This document shows, piece by piece, positions 46,065-55,129 of a stretch of 64,000 nucleotides of DNA; within the stretch, counting starts at the first letter, position 1; each line of letters starts with the position of its first letter. Below the pieces are notes generated by a model, which saw only the letters and a program-made list of their open reading frames with translations, did no database searches and was not told the DNA's origin. This stretch comes from a virus: positions 121,104 to 185,103 of IMG/VR virus record IMGVR_UViG_3300028666_000023, one strand, 5' to 3'. Both the position numbers and the translations under genes were made by a program.

Positions 46065-46388
46065 ATGCACAAGTACATCCTGCTCGTTCCACTTCTTCTC
46101 GGCTGCCCTCCGCAGCCGACGCCCCCCACCCCCGATGCAGACGCGATGACCGCGCCTGACGCTGCTTCCGAAGCTGCGCCCGCTCCGGCGGATGCTTGCG
46201 GCCGCGCGGAGCAGAACCTCCTCAAGCTCCAGTGCAAGGACCAGCGCGGCATCGTCATCGGTGCGCCGAACCTCCACGGAGTTCCGTGGGCTCAGATCTG
46301 CCGAGACAACAAGGCGAACGGCGTCGACATGAAGCCGGAGTGCCTCGTGACCAAAACCAACTGCGGAGGAGTCGAACAATGTCGCTGA
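46065..46388 (+). CDS. Cys-rich lipoprotein
   Basis: Signal peptide with lipobox LLGC; TACAAT 7 nt upstream. Confidence 0.7.
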   Translation: MHKYILLVPLLLGCPPQPTPPTPDADAMTAPDAASEAAPAPADACGRAEQNLLKLQCKDQRGIVIGAPNLHGVPWAQICRDNKANGVDMKPECLVTKTNCGGVEQCR

Positions 46389-47221
46389 GCGAACCGGTCA
46401 AGGTCCTTCGGGGTTACCTCCCCGGCAAAACGATGACGCCGGAGATCCGCGCAGCCGTTGGGCCCGCGCGTCTCTTCGCTGACGTCCACACGAAGTTCGT
46501 CGCCAAAGCTGCGCCCCTCGCGCAGGACGGCGTCGACTACGACATTCCGTTCGAGCCGCCGGCGTACGACCAGGGCGACATCGGCAGCTGCGTGCTCAAC
46601 GCGACGTGCGGCGCCTACAACATGGTGCTCGGCGTCGAGCGCTCGGCGCAGGTCATGCTCTCGCGCCTCTTCTTGTACTGGTTGTGCCGCGAGCAGATGG
46701 GCACGCTGGACTCGGACAGCGGCACGTACACGCACCTCGCCGTCGATCGCGTCGGCAAGATCGGCGTCTGCCAAGAGGCCATGTGGTACTACGACGACTC
46801 GATGCTGTACGTGGTCCCGTCGCCGGACTGCTACCCGGCGGCGAGCGACAACAAGGCGACCGCGTGGTTCCAGATCGTGGACCCGACGGGCGCGGGCCAA
46901 CCGACGCGTCTCGACCAGCTCGAGGCGGCAGTTCGCTCGAACCACCCGGGCATCTTCGGCACGCCGTGCTCGCAGGCCATCATGCAGTACCAAGCGGGCC
47001 AGGTGCTGGGGATCCCGGACGCGTCGGGAATCATCGGCGGCCACTCCATGGTGGTCACCGGCGTCCACTACATCAACGGCAAGCGCGTCTGGCGCATCCG
47101 CAACTCGTGGAGCCCGTCGTACGGCGACAACGGCCACCTCCTCATCGACGACGACTGGATGGGATGGCCGGAGCTCGACGACATCTGGGTGCTGTCGCGC
47201 GCCGACGCGCTCATGTTCTAG
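46379..47221 (+). CDS. papain-family (C1) cysteine peptidase
   Basis: DQGDIGSC, GGHSMVVTG, IRNSW. Confidence 0.9.
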   Translation: MSLSEPVKVLRGYLPGKTMTPEIRAAVGPARLFADVHTKFVAKAAPLAQDGVDYDIPFEPPAYDQGDIGSCVLNATCGAYNMVLGVERSAQVMLSRLFLYWLCREQMGTLDSDSGTYTHLAVDRVGKIGVCQEAMWYYDDSMLYVVPSPDCYPAASDNKATAWFQIVDPTGAGQPTRLDQLEAAVRSNHPGIFGTPCSQAIMQYQAGQVLGIPDASGIIGGHSMVVTGVHYINGKRVWRIRNSWSPSYGDNGHLLIDDDWMGWPELDDIWVLSRADALMF

Positions 47222-47242
47222 TTCCAGCGCCGAAACTGAAAC

Positions 47243-47282
47243 AGGGCCATTCCTATTCAAGTGGGGATGGCCCTTTTCTTTT
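47243..47282 (+). terminator. intrinsic terminator
   Basis: AGGGCCAT/ATGGCCCT stem followed by T run. Confidence 0.7.
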
Positions 47283-47298
47283 CTGCTACAACGACTGC

Positions 47299-47739
47299 AT
47301 GGCTGGCAAAGTGAGCCGGTTCACGCGCCGTTTCTTCATGACGCTCGAGGGAGATGAAGCGTTCCTCCTCGACGTGCTCGTGGGGATGATGAAGCGCGAG
47401 CTCAAGAAGAAGCGTGGTGGACTTTCGCAGCCCGAAGTCTTCGCCGCCGTCCTCAAGGCGTACTGCATGGAACACGCGAACGACATCGCGGAGGAGCTCG
47501 TCGATGCATCACAACGGGAGCAGTTCTGGAAAGCCGTTCAATCCGGACGAGTCGTATCCAAACTTCCGCGCGCCCATCGCGCCGGAAGTAGTGGCCAAGC
47601 CCGACTTCCAGAGATTCCCGACGGTCGAGGAGCTCCTCGACATGAAGAACCCACACCCATTCCTGCGCCTCGCGGAGCCACCTCCCCCGCGTCCGGCATC
47701 GTTCGGGCTCCTTCAGGAACTCCTGGGCGGGCGGCTTGA
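47299..47739 (+). CDS. putative DNA-binding hypothetical protein
   Basis: TACAAC 6 nt before ATG; C-terminus overlaps next ORF. Confidence 0.45.
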   Translation: MAGKVSRFTRRFFMTLEGDEAFLLDVLVGMMKRELKKKRGGLSQPEVFAAVLKAYCMEHANDIAEELVDASQREQFWKAVQSGRVVSKLPRAHRAGSSGQARLPEIPDGRGAPRHEEPTPIPAPRGATSPASGIVRAPSGTPGRAA

Positions 47740-48040
47740 TGTTCTCGTGACCGATGCGGCGCTTCATCCCGAGCGCTACGACGCGGACACGAAGGAGCTC
47801 CTGGAGGAACTCGGCGACGACATGACGAAGGTGCAGAAGCTGGACATCACCCAGCAGCACATCTTGAACCGCGCGGTCATCGACTACGCGGCGTGCAAGC
47901 CGAAGGGCACGCCCGCCTCTCCGAAGAAGCCGGTGCCGAAGAAGCCGACGCAGACTGTGCTCGAGAAGATGGAGCACGGCGACGAGGAAGACCCGGGGAA
48001 AGAACCCGGCGGCGTGATGTCCAGCTACTGGTGGCTCTAA
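47414..48040 (+). CDS. hypothetical protein (true start probably near 47500)
   Basis: Ends at bidirectional terminator. Confidence 0.55.
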   Translation: MVDFRSPKSSPPSSRRTAWNTRTTSRRSSSMHHNGSSSGKPFNPDESYPNFRAPIAPEVVAKPDFQRFPTVEELLDMKNPHPFLRLAEPPPPRPASFGLLQELLGGRLDVLVTDAALHPERYDADTKELLEELGDDMTKVQKLDITQQHILNRAVIDYAACKPKGTPASPKKPVPKKPTQTVLEKMEHGDEEDPGKEPGGVMSSYWWL

Positions 48041-48043
48041 ACT

Positions 48044-48081
48044 AAAAGGCCAGCGCTCCGAAGAACGCTGGCCTTTCTTTT
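48044..48081. terminator. bidirectional terminator
   Basis: AAAGGCCAGCG/CGCTGGCCTTT between convergent genes. Confidence 0.8.
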
Positions 48082-48100
48082 GGGTTGTACTGGGACGAGA

Positions 48101-48802
48101 TCAGACTTCGCCGAGGACCAAGATCTTCGTCGGGTCGTACTCGTAGTACACCGCGTAGTTGTGGCCCGCGTTCGGCGCCGAGTTCGGGATGTACGTGTTG
48201 TTCGTCGTGTCGATGACACCGGCGGTCGGCGTCGCGTGATCGACGTACTCGCGGAAGGGCGGGAGCGACGTCGTCGAGCCCGTGCGGATGAGCGCGTCCA
48301 GCTTGAGGCCGAGGACGACGCCCGTGCCAACGATCGTGGTGCCTGCGGTGCCGGTGCCGCCCGTGAACACGAGCGAGGTGATCGAGCTCCAGGCCTTCAC
48401 GCCGGTACCGGCGCCTGACGTGAGCGCGATGGTCTCCGTCTGCGCTTGGCCCGCCGCGTTGAGACCCGTAACCGCACAGGACGTGGGGCAGGTCGCGTCC
48501 GCGTTGGACGTGATGACGAGGTTGCGCGCGCCGGTCGCGAACGGGTTGAGGACGCCGTTCGCCGCGGTGTACGTCACCGGTCCGTTCGTCGTCGCGACGG
48601 AGTGCAGGACGCCGTTCGAGACGGCGGCGATGGGAGCGAAGAACTCCTCGACGGCGATCGCGACCATCGGGCCGAGGAGGCCTTGGATCGCGCGCCAGAG
48701 CTCGCCGAACTCGCCCTTCTGTCCGTGCCCGCCTTGCGCGAGGTGCTTGTGGATGGGGCCTTGGTTGTTGAAGAGGCCAGAGCCAATCGTCGGTGCGGTC
48801 AT
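48101..48802 (-). CDS. virion structural or decoration protein
   Basis: Thr/Gly/Ala-rich beta composition; AGGAG RBS. Confidence 0.55.
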   Translation of the reverse strand: MTAPTIGSGLFNNQGPIHKHLAQGGHGQKGEFGELWRAIQGLLGPMVAIAVEEFFAPIAAVSNGVLHSVATTNGPVTYTAANGVLNPFATGARNLVITSNADATCPTSCAVTGLNAAGQAQTETIALTSGAGTGVKAWSSITSLVFTGGTGTAGTTIVGTGVVLGLKLDALIRTGSTTSLPPFREYVDHATPTAGVIDTTNNTYIPNSAPNAGHNYAVYYEYDPTKILVLGEV

Positions 48803-48826
48803 TGTCGTCGTCTCCTAACGGCGGCG

Positions 48827-49522
48827 TTACTGAGGTACTCCCCACTGGTTTACCGTCGATGCGGGGGCTTCCGCAAGTCCCCCGCCGCCATAAACGGGAG
48901 AGCCTGCACGTTGTCGTCCTAGTTCTCCCGTCGCGGTGTGGACTGCCTTGTTGGCGAGCCACCCGGCTCCGAGAGTTCCTCCTACGAGGGCGAGGTTGCC
49001 CTTCAAGCCGAGCGGCCCGAGGAGCTTGCTCTTCGCGGCGCCGAGCAGTCCAGGAGCGGCAGCTGCGGACGTCGCAGCTGCGGGAGCTTTGCTGAGCGCG
49101 CCGCCGACTGCACCGACGGCTTTCTGCCCGACGCTCTTGATCGCCGGCATGACGCCCGAGAGCATCGAGCCGATGCCCGCTTCTTTCGCGAGCTCGACAC
49201 CAGAGGCCACTGCGATCGCGGCGAGGCGAACCATGCCCTCGCTGTAGCCGAGCGGCATGCCTTCCGGCGCGAACATCGGGACGGGCGTGTGGCGGAGCGC
49301 GCCCGCGCTCTGGGACATGGCGAGCATCGCAGCCATGCGCTCGGCGTCGTCGACTGCCTTGTCCTTGTCGTGGATCTTCTTCTCTTGTCGTTGACCCGAA
49401 AGGGACATCTCTCCGGCGATGAGCGCAGGAAGGAGCCGCTCGAGAAGCGACTCGGCCGTCTTCTGCTCGAAGACGTCGCGCGTCCCGTAGTGGCTCATCA
49501 AGCGTTCGTTCGGAGTGTTCAT
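48827..49522 (-). CDS. K-x-A motif glycine-rich protein
   Basis: FEQKTA and ELAKEAG. Confidence 0.65.
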   Translation of the reverse strand: MNTPNERLMSHYGTRDVFEQKTAESLLERLLPALIAGEMSLSGQRQEKKIHDKDKAVDDAERMAAMLAMSQSAGALRHTPVPMFAPEGMPLGYSEGMVRLAAIAVASGVELAKEAGIGSMLSGVMPAIKSVGQKAVGAVGGALSKAPAAATSAAAAPGLLGAAKSKLLGPLGLKGNLALVGGTLGAGWLANKAVHTATGELGRQRAGSPVYGGGGLAEAPASTVNQWGVPQ

Positions 49523-49764
49523 TCAGGCTTCGGAGGAGAAGTACTGTTGCGCCTCGATAGTAACTCACAAACGTCCGAAACCCTAACAACCGTGTTCTTC
49601 TGAACGCGCTTGAGGGAGTCGATCGCCGCGGCGACTTTCGGGTCAACGCCAGGACTCGTGTGTTCTTCTTCCCCGTCGTAGTCGAGGCCTTCGAGCTCGT
49701 CGGCCTTCAGGATTGCTTCAGCATCCCCTCGAGCCTTCCGAGGTGCCTGTTCATTTCCCGCCAT
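49519..49764 (-). CDS. hypothetical protein
   Basis: AGGAGG RBS. Confidence 0.55.
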   Translation of the reverse strand: MAGNEQAPRKARGDAEAILKADELEGLDYDGEEEHTSPGVDPKVAAAIDSLKRVQKNTVVRVSDVCELLSRRNSTSPPKPE

Positions 49765-50234
49765 TGTTCCTCCTGACCCTTTACGAATTCTGCGAAGGCT
49801 TCGTTCTTGGTGTAGCGCGCACCCTTCTCCCGCAAGCGCTCGAGGTTCTTTCGGATCTCTGAGAGCTCGCGCCGAAGATCTTCGAGCGGATCAGGGCGAC
49901 TGCCTCGTTCTGCTGTGATGGCCGCGCGGATGGCTTTGTCTTCTTCGAGCTCGTTCTTGATGGTGTTGAGCTCGAGGAGCCAACCTGCGTTGTTCGCCTT
50001 GTACTGGTCGATGTGCTCCTGCAGCGCAGTGAGATGCGATTGGTGTGCCTCTTCGAGGGTCTCGAGACGCTCGAGGAGCTCTACACTTTCGCGAGCGTCC
50101 TTCTTCGCAGCCAGCAACTGTTTTGCGTCAACGAGTTGCTTCGCGCGGCGGTACTTCAGCCACGAGCCGAGGAAGCCAGCTCCGCCGCTGCCAAGGACCG
50201 TCAGGCCGTGTTCGATGAGGACTCCAACGTCCAA
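49707..50234 (-). CDS. N-terminal TM + coiled-coil protein (holin-like candidate)
   Basis: TVLGSGGAGFLGSWLKYRR followed by heptads. Confidence 0.5.
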   Translation of the reverse strand: MDVGVLIEHGLTVLGSGGAGFLGSWLKYRRAKQLVDAKQLLAAKKDARESVELLERLETLEEAHQSHLTALQEHIDQYKANNAGWLLELNTIKNELEEDKAIRAAITAERGSRPDPLEDLRRELSEIRKNLERLREKGARYTKNEAFAEFVKGQEEQWREMNRHLGRLEGMLKQS

Positions 50235-50271
50235 GCTTCACCTCGACGCGCAAGCATGACACACGTCTACG

Positions 50272-50664
50272 TCAGCCGGCGATCCAAACCCTGAGCTGAC
50301 AAGACGCCGTGAAGTCGATGGAGAGCGACGTGATGCCGGCGGCGGGATTCGGACTCATGAGGATGATGAACCCGCCGGGCGTGAGCTCGATCGGGTGCGT
50401 CGAGTCGCCGTTGAAGTGCAGCAGCACGGGCGCGGCACCGGTCTGCGCGTCGTAGCGCACGGCCACGAGCTTCGCCCCCGGAGAGCCCGTGGTGCCGAAC
50501 GGCACGACCTCGGTACCGGAGGTGATGAGGTTGAGGAGCTGCCCCGGCTGCGACGAGATGACGTTCGCCGCCGAGTTGAACGGAACTTGGTCCGGCGACA
50601 ACGACGGGTCAGCTGGGATGAGCAGCTGCCCGGTGAAGGAGATCGGTGTCGGAGTCGCCGTCAT
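50272..50664 (-). CDS. virion protein
   Basis: Follows tube gene; beta-rich. Confidence 0.6.
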   Translation of the reverse strand: MTATPTPISFTGQLLIPADPSLSPDQVPFNSAANVISSQPGQLLNLITSGTEVVPFGTTGSPGAKLVAVRYDAQTGAAPVLLHFNGDSTHPIELTPGGFIILMSPNPAAGITSLSIDFTASCQLRVWIAG

Positions 50665-50676
50665 CGCGAGCTCCTA

Positions 50677-51435
50677 TCAGGAGCCGGGGATGCCGGGGAA
50701 CGTCGCGTTCGCGCCGCCTGCGTTGCCCGACGTCGTGTTGGAGATGAGGGTGAGGGCTGCGACCGCGACGGGGACCGCGCGCTCGAACTGAACCGCCACC
50801 GACTCCTGGATGAGAACGCCCTGCGCGTCGGTCGCCCACGAGTGGTTCGGCAGGTAGCAGGCCTCGAAGTACACCGCAGCCAGGGTGTCCTGGTTGATGT
50901 CGCGGATGTACATCAGCATGCCGATCGGCTGCGCGAACAAGTCCGAGGCGAGGTTGACGTAGATGTTCTCGTAGCCCGGCGGGATGATGACGTCGTGGGG
51001 GTTCGACATCGCCTGCGCGCCCGCGTTCGGGAACATCGCCGGCACCACCGTCGGCGGGATGAGGTCCTGGTAGTACGCGTACAGAATCCGGAGCAGCGAC
51101 GCACCGTGGTAGTAGATGCGGCCCAGCCCGAGCTGGCCCACCGTACGACCGGCGATGAAGTAGCTGCGCTCCGACCCGATCTCGAAGATGCGGGAGAACT
51201 GACGCGTGTGGGAGAGGTTGAAGTTCTGGACGATGCCGACGGGGAACACGATCTGGTTCGCCGCCTGTCCGTTGCCCGCAACCGCACCAGCCACCGCGGC
51301 CGCGCCGCCGATGTTGGCCAGACGAGGCGGCCCCGCCGCGAGCATCGTGAAGCCCGCGTTCGCGTAACGCCCGTCTACGAGACCAGCCTGGACGTACGAA
51401 GTGTACGGGGACCAGTCGCTGAAGTTGCCTGCCAT
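50677..51435 (-). CDS. tail tube protein
   Basis: Downstream of sheath; VGIVQNFNLS...RIFEIGSERSYF. Confidence 0.75.
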   Translation of the reverse strand: MAGNFSDWSPYTSYVQAGLVDGRYANAGFTMLAAGPPRLANIGGAAAVAGAVAGNGQAANQIVFPVGIVQNFNLSHTRQFSRIFEIGSERSYFIAGRTVGQLGLGRIYYHGASLLRILYAYYQDLIPPTVVPAMFPNAGAQAMSNPHDVIIPPGYENIYVNLASDLFAQPIGMLMYIRDINQDTLAAVYFEACYLPNHSWATDAQGVLIQESVAVQFERAVPVAVAALTLISNTTSGNAGGANATFPGIPGS

Positions 51436-51439
51436 CGTC

Positions 51440-51667
51440 TCACTCCTTCACGGGGGCAGTGTAGCTGCCACCCAGGCTCTCGTACATTCTCACAACGTCG
51501 TTTGGGCTGATGCTCTCGGCAATCTTGAGCAGCTCGAGATCTGCACCCGCCAGCTTGTGCAGCGCGATCGCATCGACGCCCGAAAGCTGCGCCAGTCCAC
51601 CGGAGCGCTCCTGCAGTGAGGAGCGACCGATGGCGTCGGCGGCGAGCTTGCGGAGATCGATGTCCAT
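51440..51667 (-). CDS. small K-x-A motif protein
   Basis: RKLA, HKLA, LKIA; TAATG coupling. Confidence 0.55.
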   Translation of the reverse strand: MDIDLRKLAADAIGRSSLQERSGGLAQLSGVDAIALHKLAGADLELLKIAESISPNDVVRMYESLGGSYTAPVKE

Positions 51668-54600
51668 TAGATCGTGAGCGTGAGGCGGATGTAGTTGCAG
51701 GGGAAGGGCACGTCGAGAACGACGTCCACGAGAACCGTGTCCGGCGCGCTCGTGTCCTGGATGATGTTGTTCAGCTGCGCCCCGATGAGCACACCGGACT
51801 CCGTGAGGAACCCGAGCAAGCCCTGGATGACGTGGCCGAGCGAGTCGAGGAAGCCCTGCGTGATGTTGAAGCGGCCGATGAAGTTGCGCAGGCCGCTGCG
51901 GAGGAACTTCGCGGTGAAGTCGACGATCTTCGTGATCGAGTCCGTGCGGGTCTCGATCGACGACATGTCCGTCGTCAGCGCCATGCGCGAGATGAGCGGG
52001 GTGCTCGGCGCGTCCTGGACGATGATGTACGTGCCGCCCGCCGCCATCACGTTCAGCTGCGGGTTCGAGAACGTGTCGTTCGAACCGATGACGCGCGTGA
52101 AGCCCGTCATGGGGAAGTTCGTGAACGACTGCTGCGGCGGCTGGTTCGCAATCATGCCGACGATCGCCGCCGACATGTAGAAGCCGTCGAGGATCTGCTC
52201 GATGCCGTTGATGGTCGCAGCGCACTGGTCGGGGAAGACCGACCACACGCGGCGGTTCGCGAAGCCCTGCGAGGTCTGCTGCACCGCGAGGGCCTTGCCG
52301 TCTTTGTCCGGCGTGCCGTCGACCAAGACGAGCGCGGCGCCGCGGATGCGGACCGCGAAGGCCTGATCGATGAGCGGCGTCGGAAGGGTCGTCGTCGCGT
52401 AGTACGCGTCGTCGTTCTCGCCCGGCAGGAAGCCCGACGTCTTCAGCGAAACGACGCTGCCGACGACGTTGATGACGTTGTACTTGTTGCCGTCACCGAC
52501 GTCGAGGTAGATGCCCGCGCTCGTGATGTACGGACCCACGCCCGAGAGGTTGTGGGCCATGAGCAGCTGGCCGAGGTTCGCGACACCGGTGTCGAACTGG
52601 TTCGACGTCGTGTTCGTGTTGCCGTCCGTGCCGCTCGCGACGAGGCCGTCGAGCTTGTTCGTCGGCACCGGCTCGTTGATGAGCACGATGCGCTCGCCCT
52701 TGTTCTCGGGCGCGCTCATGAACGTGACGTGCGTCGCCAAGATCTGGAAGACCGCGTCCTCGTGGGTCATCGGCGCGATGCCGTAGACCTCGTAGCCCTC
52801 GAGGAACGTCGCCGCGCGCGTGAACGCGTCGACCGTGCCGAAGGGCTCGTTGCCGCTCGTCTGGTCGATGCCGAGGCCGGTGACCTGCACGCCCGGCGAG
52901 TTCTGCAGCGCGAACCACAGACCGAGACCGAGGGGGTTGTCCGCGTCGAGCGGTGCGAGCTGCGACTCGAGCGTCGGGATGTCGCTGAAGCGCAGGAGGC
53001 CGGGGTTCATCGCGAGCGCCGTCACGTCGAGGCGGACGGCCTTGTACGCGACGTACATCTGCGCTTGTGCGGGGGACGCGATCGCGGTGCCTTGCGAGTT
53101 GCGGATCAAGTCCGGCTTGAGCTGCAGGTTGCCGACGCCATCGACGACGAGGTTCGGCGTCGGGCGCGTCACACCGATCGTGGCGCTCTCGATGTTGAGG
53201 TTCGCCGCGATGATGTAGTAGGCGCTGCCGACGTTCGAAGAGATCGGCACCGACTTGTTGATCTTGAGCTGGCTCGTGTTGCCGCCCGGCGCGACCTGCA
53301 CGATGGTGGCGTACTGGTTGCCGTCCACGTAGAGGACGTCGCCCGGTGCGGGCACGAACGCCTGGCCGCGCGAGGTGACGCCGGCAGTGAGGAAGAGCTC
53401 GGCGAGCGCGGTGCCACCGACGACCTTCACGATCGACTCTTGGCCGAGGAGCGTGTTCGTGAGGACGAGGTGCGTCGAGCCGTCGATCGTCGCCAAGATC
53501 TTGCCGCCCGCGGCCGCGCCGAGGAGTGCGTTGATCTGGGAGAGGATGGCGCCCGACGAGCTCGCGCTCAGGAAGGAGACCGTCTGCGGACCGTTGTAGC
53601 CGTCGTCCACGATGAGCGTGTGCCCATCCGTGACGGACGTGATCGCATTCGTGCCCGTCACCTGACCGGAGCCCGGCGACGTCGTGAAGTTCTGACCCGG
53701 GAAGCTGAGCAGCGTGGTGAGCGCCGTCCCGTTGCCGCTGTCGATCGCCGTCACCGCCGCGGTGCCGGTCACCGTCGAGACGGAGAGACCGAGGGTCGCT
53801 GCTGCCGAGCCGGAGACCACCGACGCGGTCGCGAGCGCGCTGAGGAGCAACGTCGCGATCGACAGGTGGTGCGGCGCACCAGAGTCTTCGCTCGCGAACG
53901 CGACCTGGCCGATGACTCCGTTGATCTGGTCGATGTAGCCCTGGAGCGTGATGCTCGGGACGAACGTCGTCGTGAGGTTCGAGCCGCCGTTGAACGCGAG
54001 GACGAGCGTCTGCCCGTCGAGCGTGCCGGCGGAGCCGGTGTGCGCGCCAGCCGACAGACCGAGGTTCGTGTTCGCGGTACCGCTGCCGATGGTGAGCGTT
54101 CCCGTGCTCGGCGTGCGGCTCGTGAGGACGAGCTTGTTGCCGCCGCTGCCGCCTTGGACCGCCGTGATCGTCGGCCACTGCGTCTGAATCGCGGCGAGGA
54201 GTGCGGCTTCGCTTGCCGCGTTGCCCGTGCCGACGAGGTTCAGCGTGGTGAGGCCCGCGCCGTCCACGTTGAGGATGATGGTCTCGCCGTTGAGCGAGCC
54301 GCCGCCGCCGTAGAGGCCCGCGTTCGTGATGTCCGCCGTGCCGGAGAACGTCGCTTCGGTCGCGAGCGTGATCGTCGTGAGGTCGACCGAGCCGTGGAGG
54401 ATGGCCGCGAGGGCGATGCCGTTCGAGAGGAACGACTGCGTGCGCAGCACTTCCATCAGCGCGGAGCCGGTCGTGCCTCCGAAGAACAAGAACGCGCGCT
54501 CGGTGTCCGTGTCGACTTCGAGCTGCGCGATGTTGTGGTTCGGGTCCGGGAGGTTGATCTCCGGGATGAGGAGCGCATCCTGCGCGTACGTCGGCTCGCC

Positions 54601-55116
54601 GACGTACAGCTTGCCCGGTCCGATGCCGAACGCGGCGAGCACCGCGCCCGACGTCGACTTGTCGACGAAGATCGACTGGAACTGGTCGGTCGCGAGCGAG
54701 CGGAGACGCCACTGCGTCGTGCCCACGAGCTCCGCAGTGAAGCCCGTGATGTTGTTGTCGCTGAAGGCCTCGAGGACCGTAGCGACGATCTGCGAGGGCG
54801 ACAGCGGCGAACCCACGAAGTCGATCTCCAGGTTCGGGCCGTTGTTGAGCGACACGACGAGCTTGAGACCATCCAGACCCGCGTACACCGGCGGCGAACC
54901 CGTCGCGGCCTTCGCGAGGAAGAACGCGGGGAGCGGCACGAGCGCTTCGCTGTTGATCGTCTGCCCACCAGTCGCCGTCGTCGTGAGGACGTCGACCACT
55001 TGGCGGCACACACCGAGGACGGTCGGAACGAGCGTCGGAGTGATGACAGTCGGAGTGACCGACTGAAAGACTTGAATGACCTCGACGCCCGGCCTCGGGA
55101 GTTCTGCAGTCGACAT
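51667..55116 (-). CDS. contractile tail sheath protein
   Basis: N-terminal PGVEV; C-terminal sheath domain ending VDVVLDVPFPCNYIRLTL. Confidence 0.88.
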   Translation of the reverse strand: MSTAELPRPGVEVIQVFQSVTPTVITPTLVPTVLGVCRQVVDVLTTTATGGQTINSEALVPLPAFFLAKAATGSPPVYAGLDGLKLVVSLNNGPNLEIDFVGSPLSPSQIVATVLEAFSDNNITGFTAELVGTTQWRLRSLATDQFQSIFVDKSTSGAVLAAFGIGPGKLYVGEPTYAQDALLIPEINLPDPNHNIAQLEVDTDTERAFLFFGGTTGSALMEVLRTQSFLSNGIALAAILHGSVDLTTITLATEATFSGTADITNAGLYGGGGSLNGETIILNVDGAGLTTLNLVGTGNAASEAALLAAIQTQWPTITAVQGGSGGNKLVLTSRTPSTGTLTIGSGTANTNLGLSAGAHTGSAGTLDGQTLVLAFNGGSNLTTTFVPSITLQGYIDQINGVIGQVAFASEDSGAPHHLSIATLLLSALATASVVSGSAAATLGLSVSTVTGTAAVTAIDSGNGTALTTLLSFPGQNFTTSPGSGQVTGTNAITSVTDGHTLIVDDGYNGPQTVSFLSASSSGAILSQINALLGAAAGGKILATIDGSTHLVLTNTLLGQESIVKVVGGTALAELFLTAGVTSRGQAFVPAPGDVLYVDGNQYATIVQVAPGGNTSQLKINKSVPISSNVGSAYYIIAANLNIESATIGVTRPTPNLVVDGVGNLQLKPDLIRNSQGTAIASPAQAQMYVAYKAVRLDVTALAMNPGLLRFSDIPTLESQLAPLDADNPLGLGLWFALQNSPGVQVTGLGIDQTSGNEPFGTVDAFTRAATFLEGYEVYGIAPMTHEDAVFQILATHVTFMSAPENKGERIVLINEPVPTNKLDGLVASGTDGNTNTTSNQFDTGVANLGQLLMAHNLSGVGPYITSAGIYLDVGDGNKYNVINVVGSVVSLKTSGFLPGENDDAYYATTTLPTPLIDQAFAVRIRGAALVLVDGTPDKDGKALAVQQTSQGFANRRVWSVFPDQCAATINGIEQILDGFYMSAAIVGMIANQPPQQSFTNFPMTGFTRVIGSNDTFSNPQLNVMAAGGTYIIVQDAPSTPLISRMALTTDMSSIETRTDSITKIVDFTAKFLRSGLRNFIGRFNITQGFLDSLGHVIQGLLGFLTESGVLIGAQLNNIIQDTSAPDTVLVDVVLDVPFPCNYIRLTLTI

Positions 55117-55129
55117 CAGGGAGTTCCTT

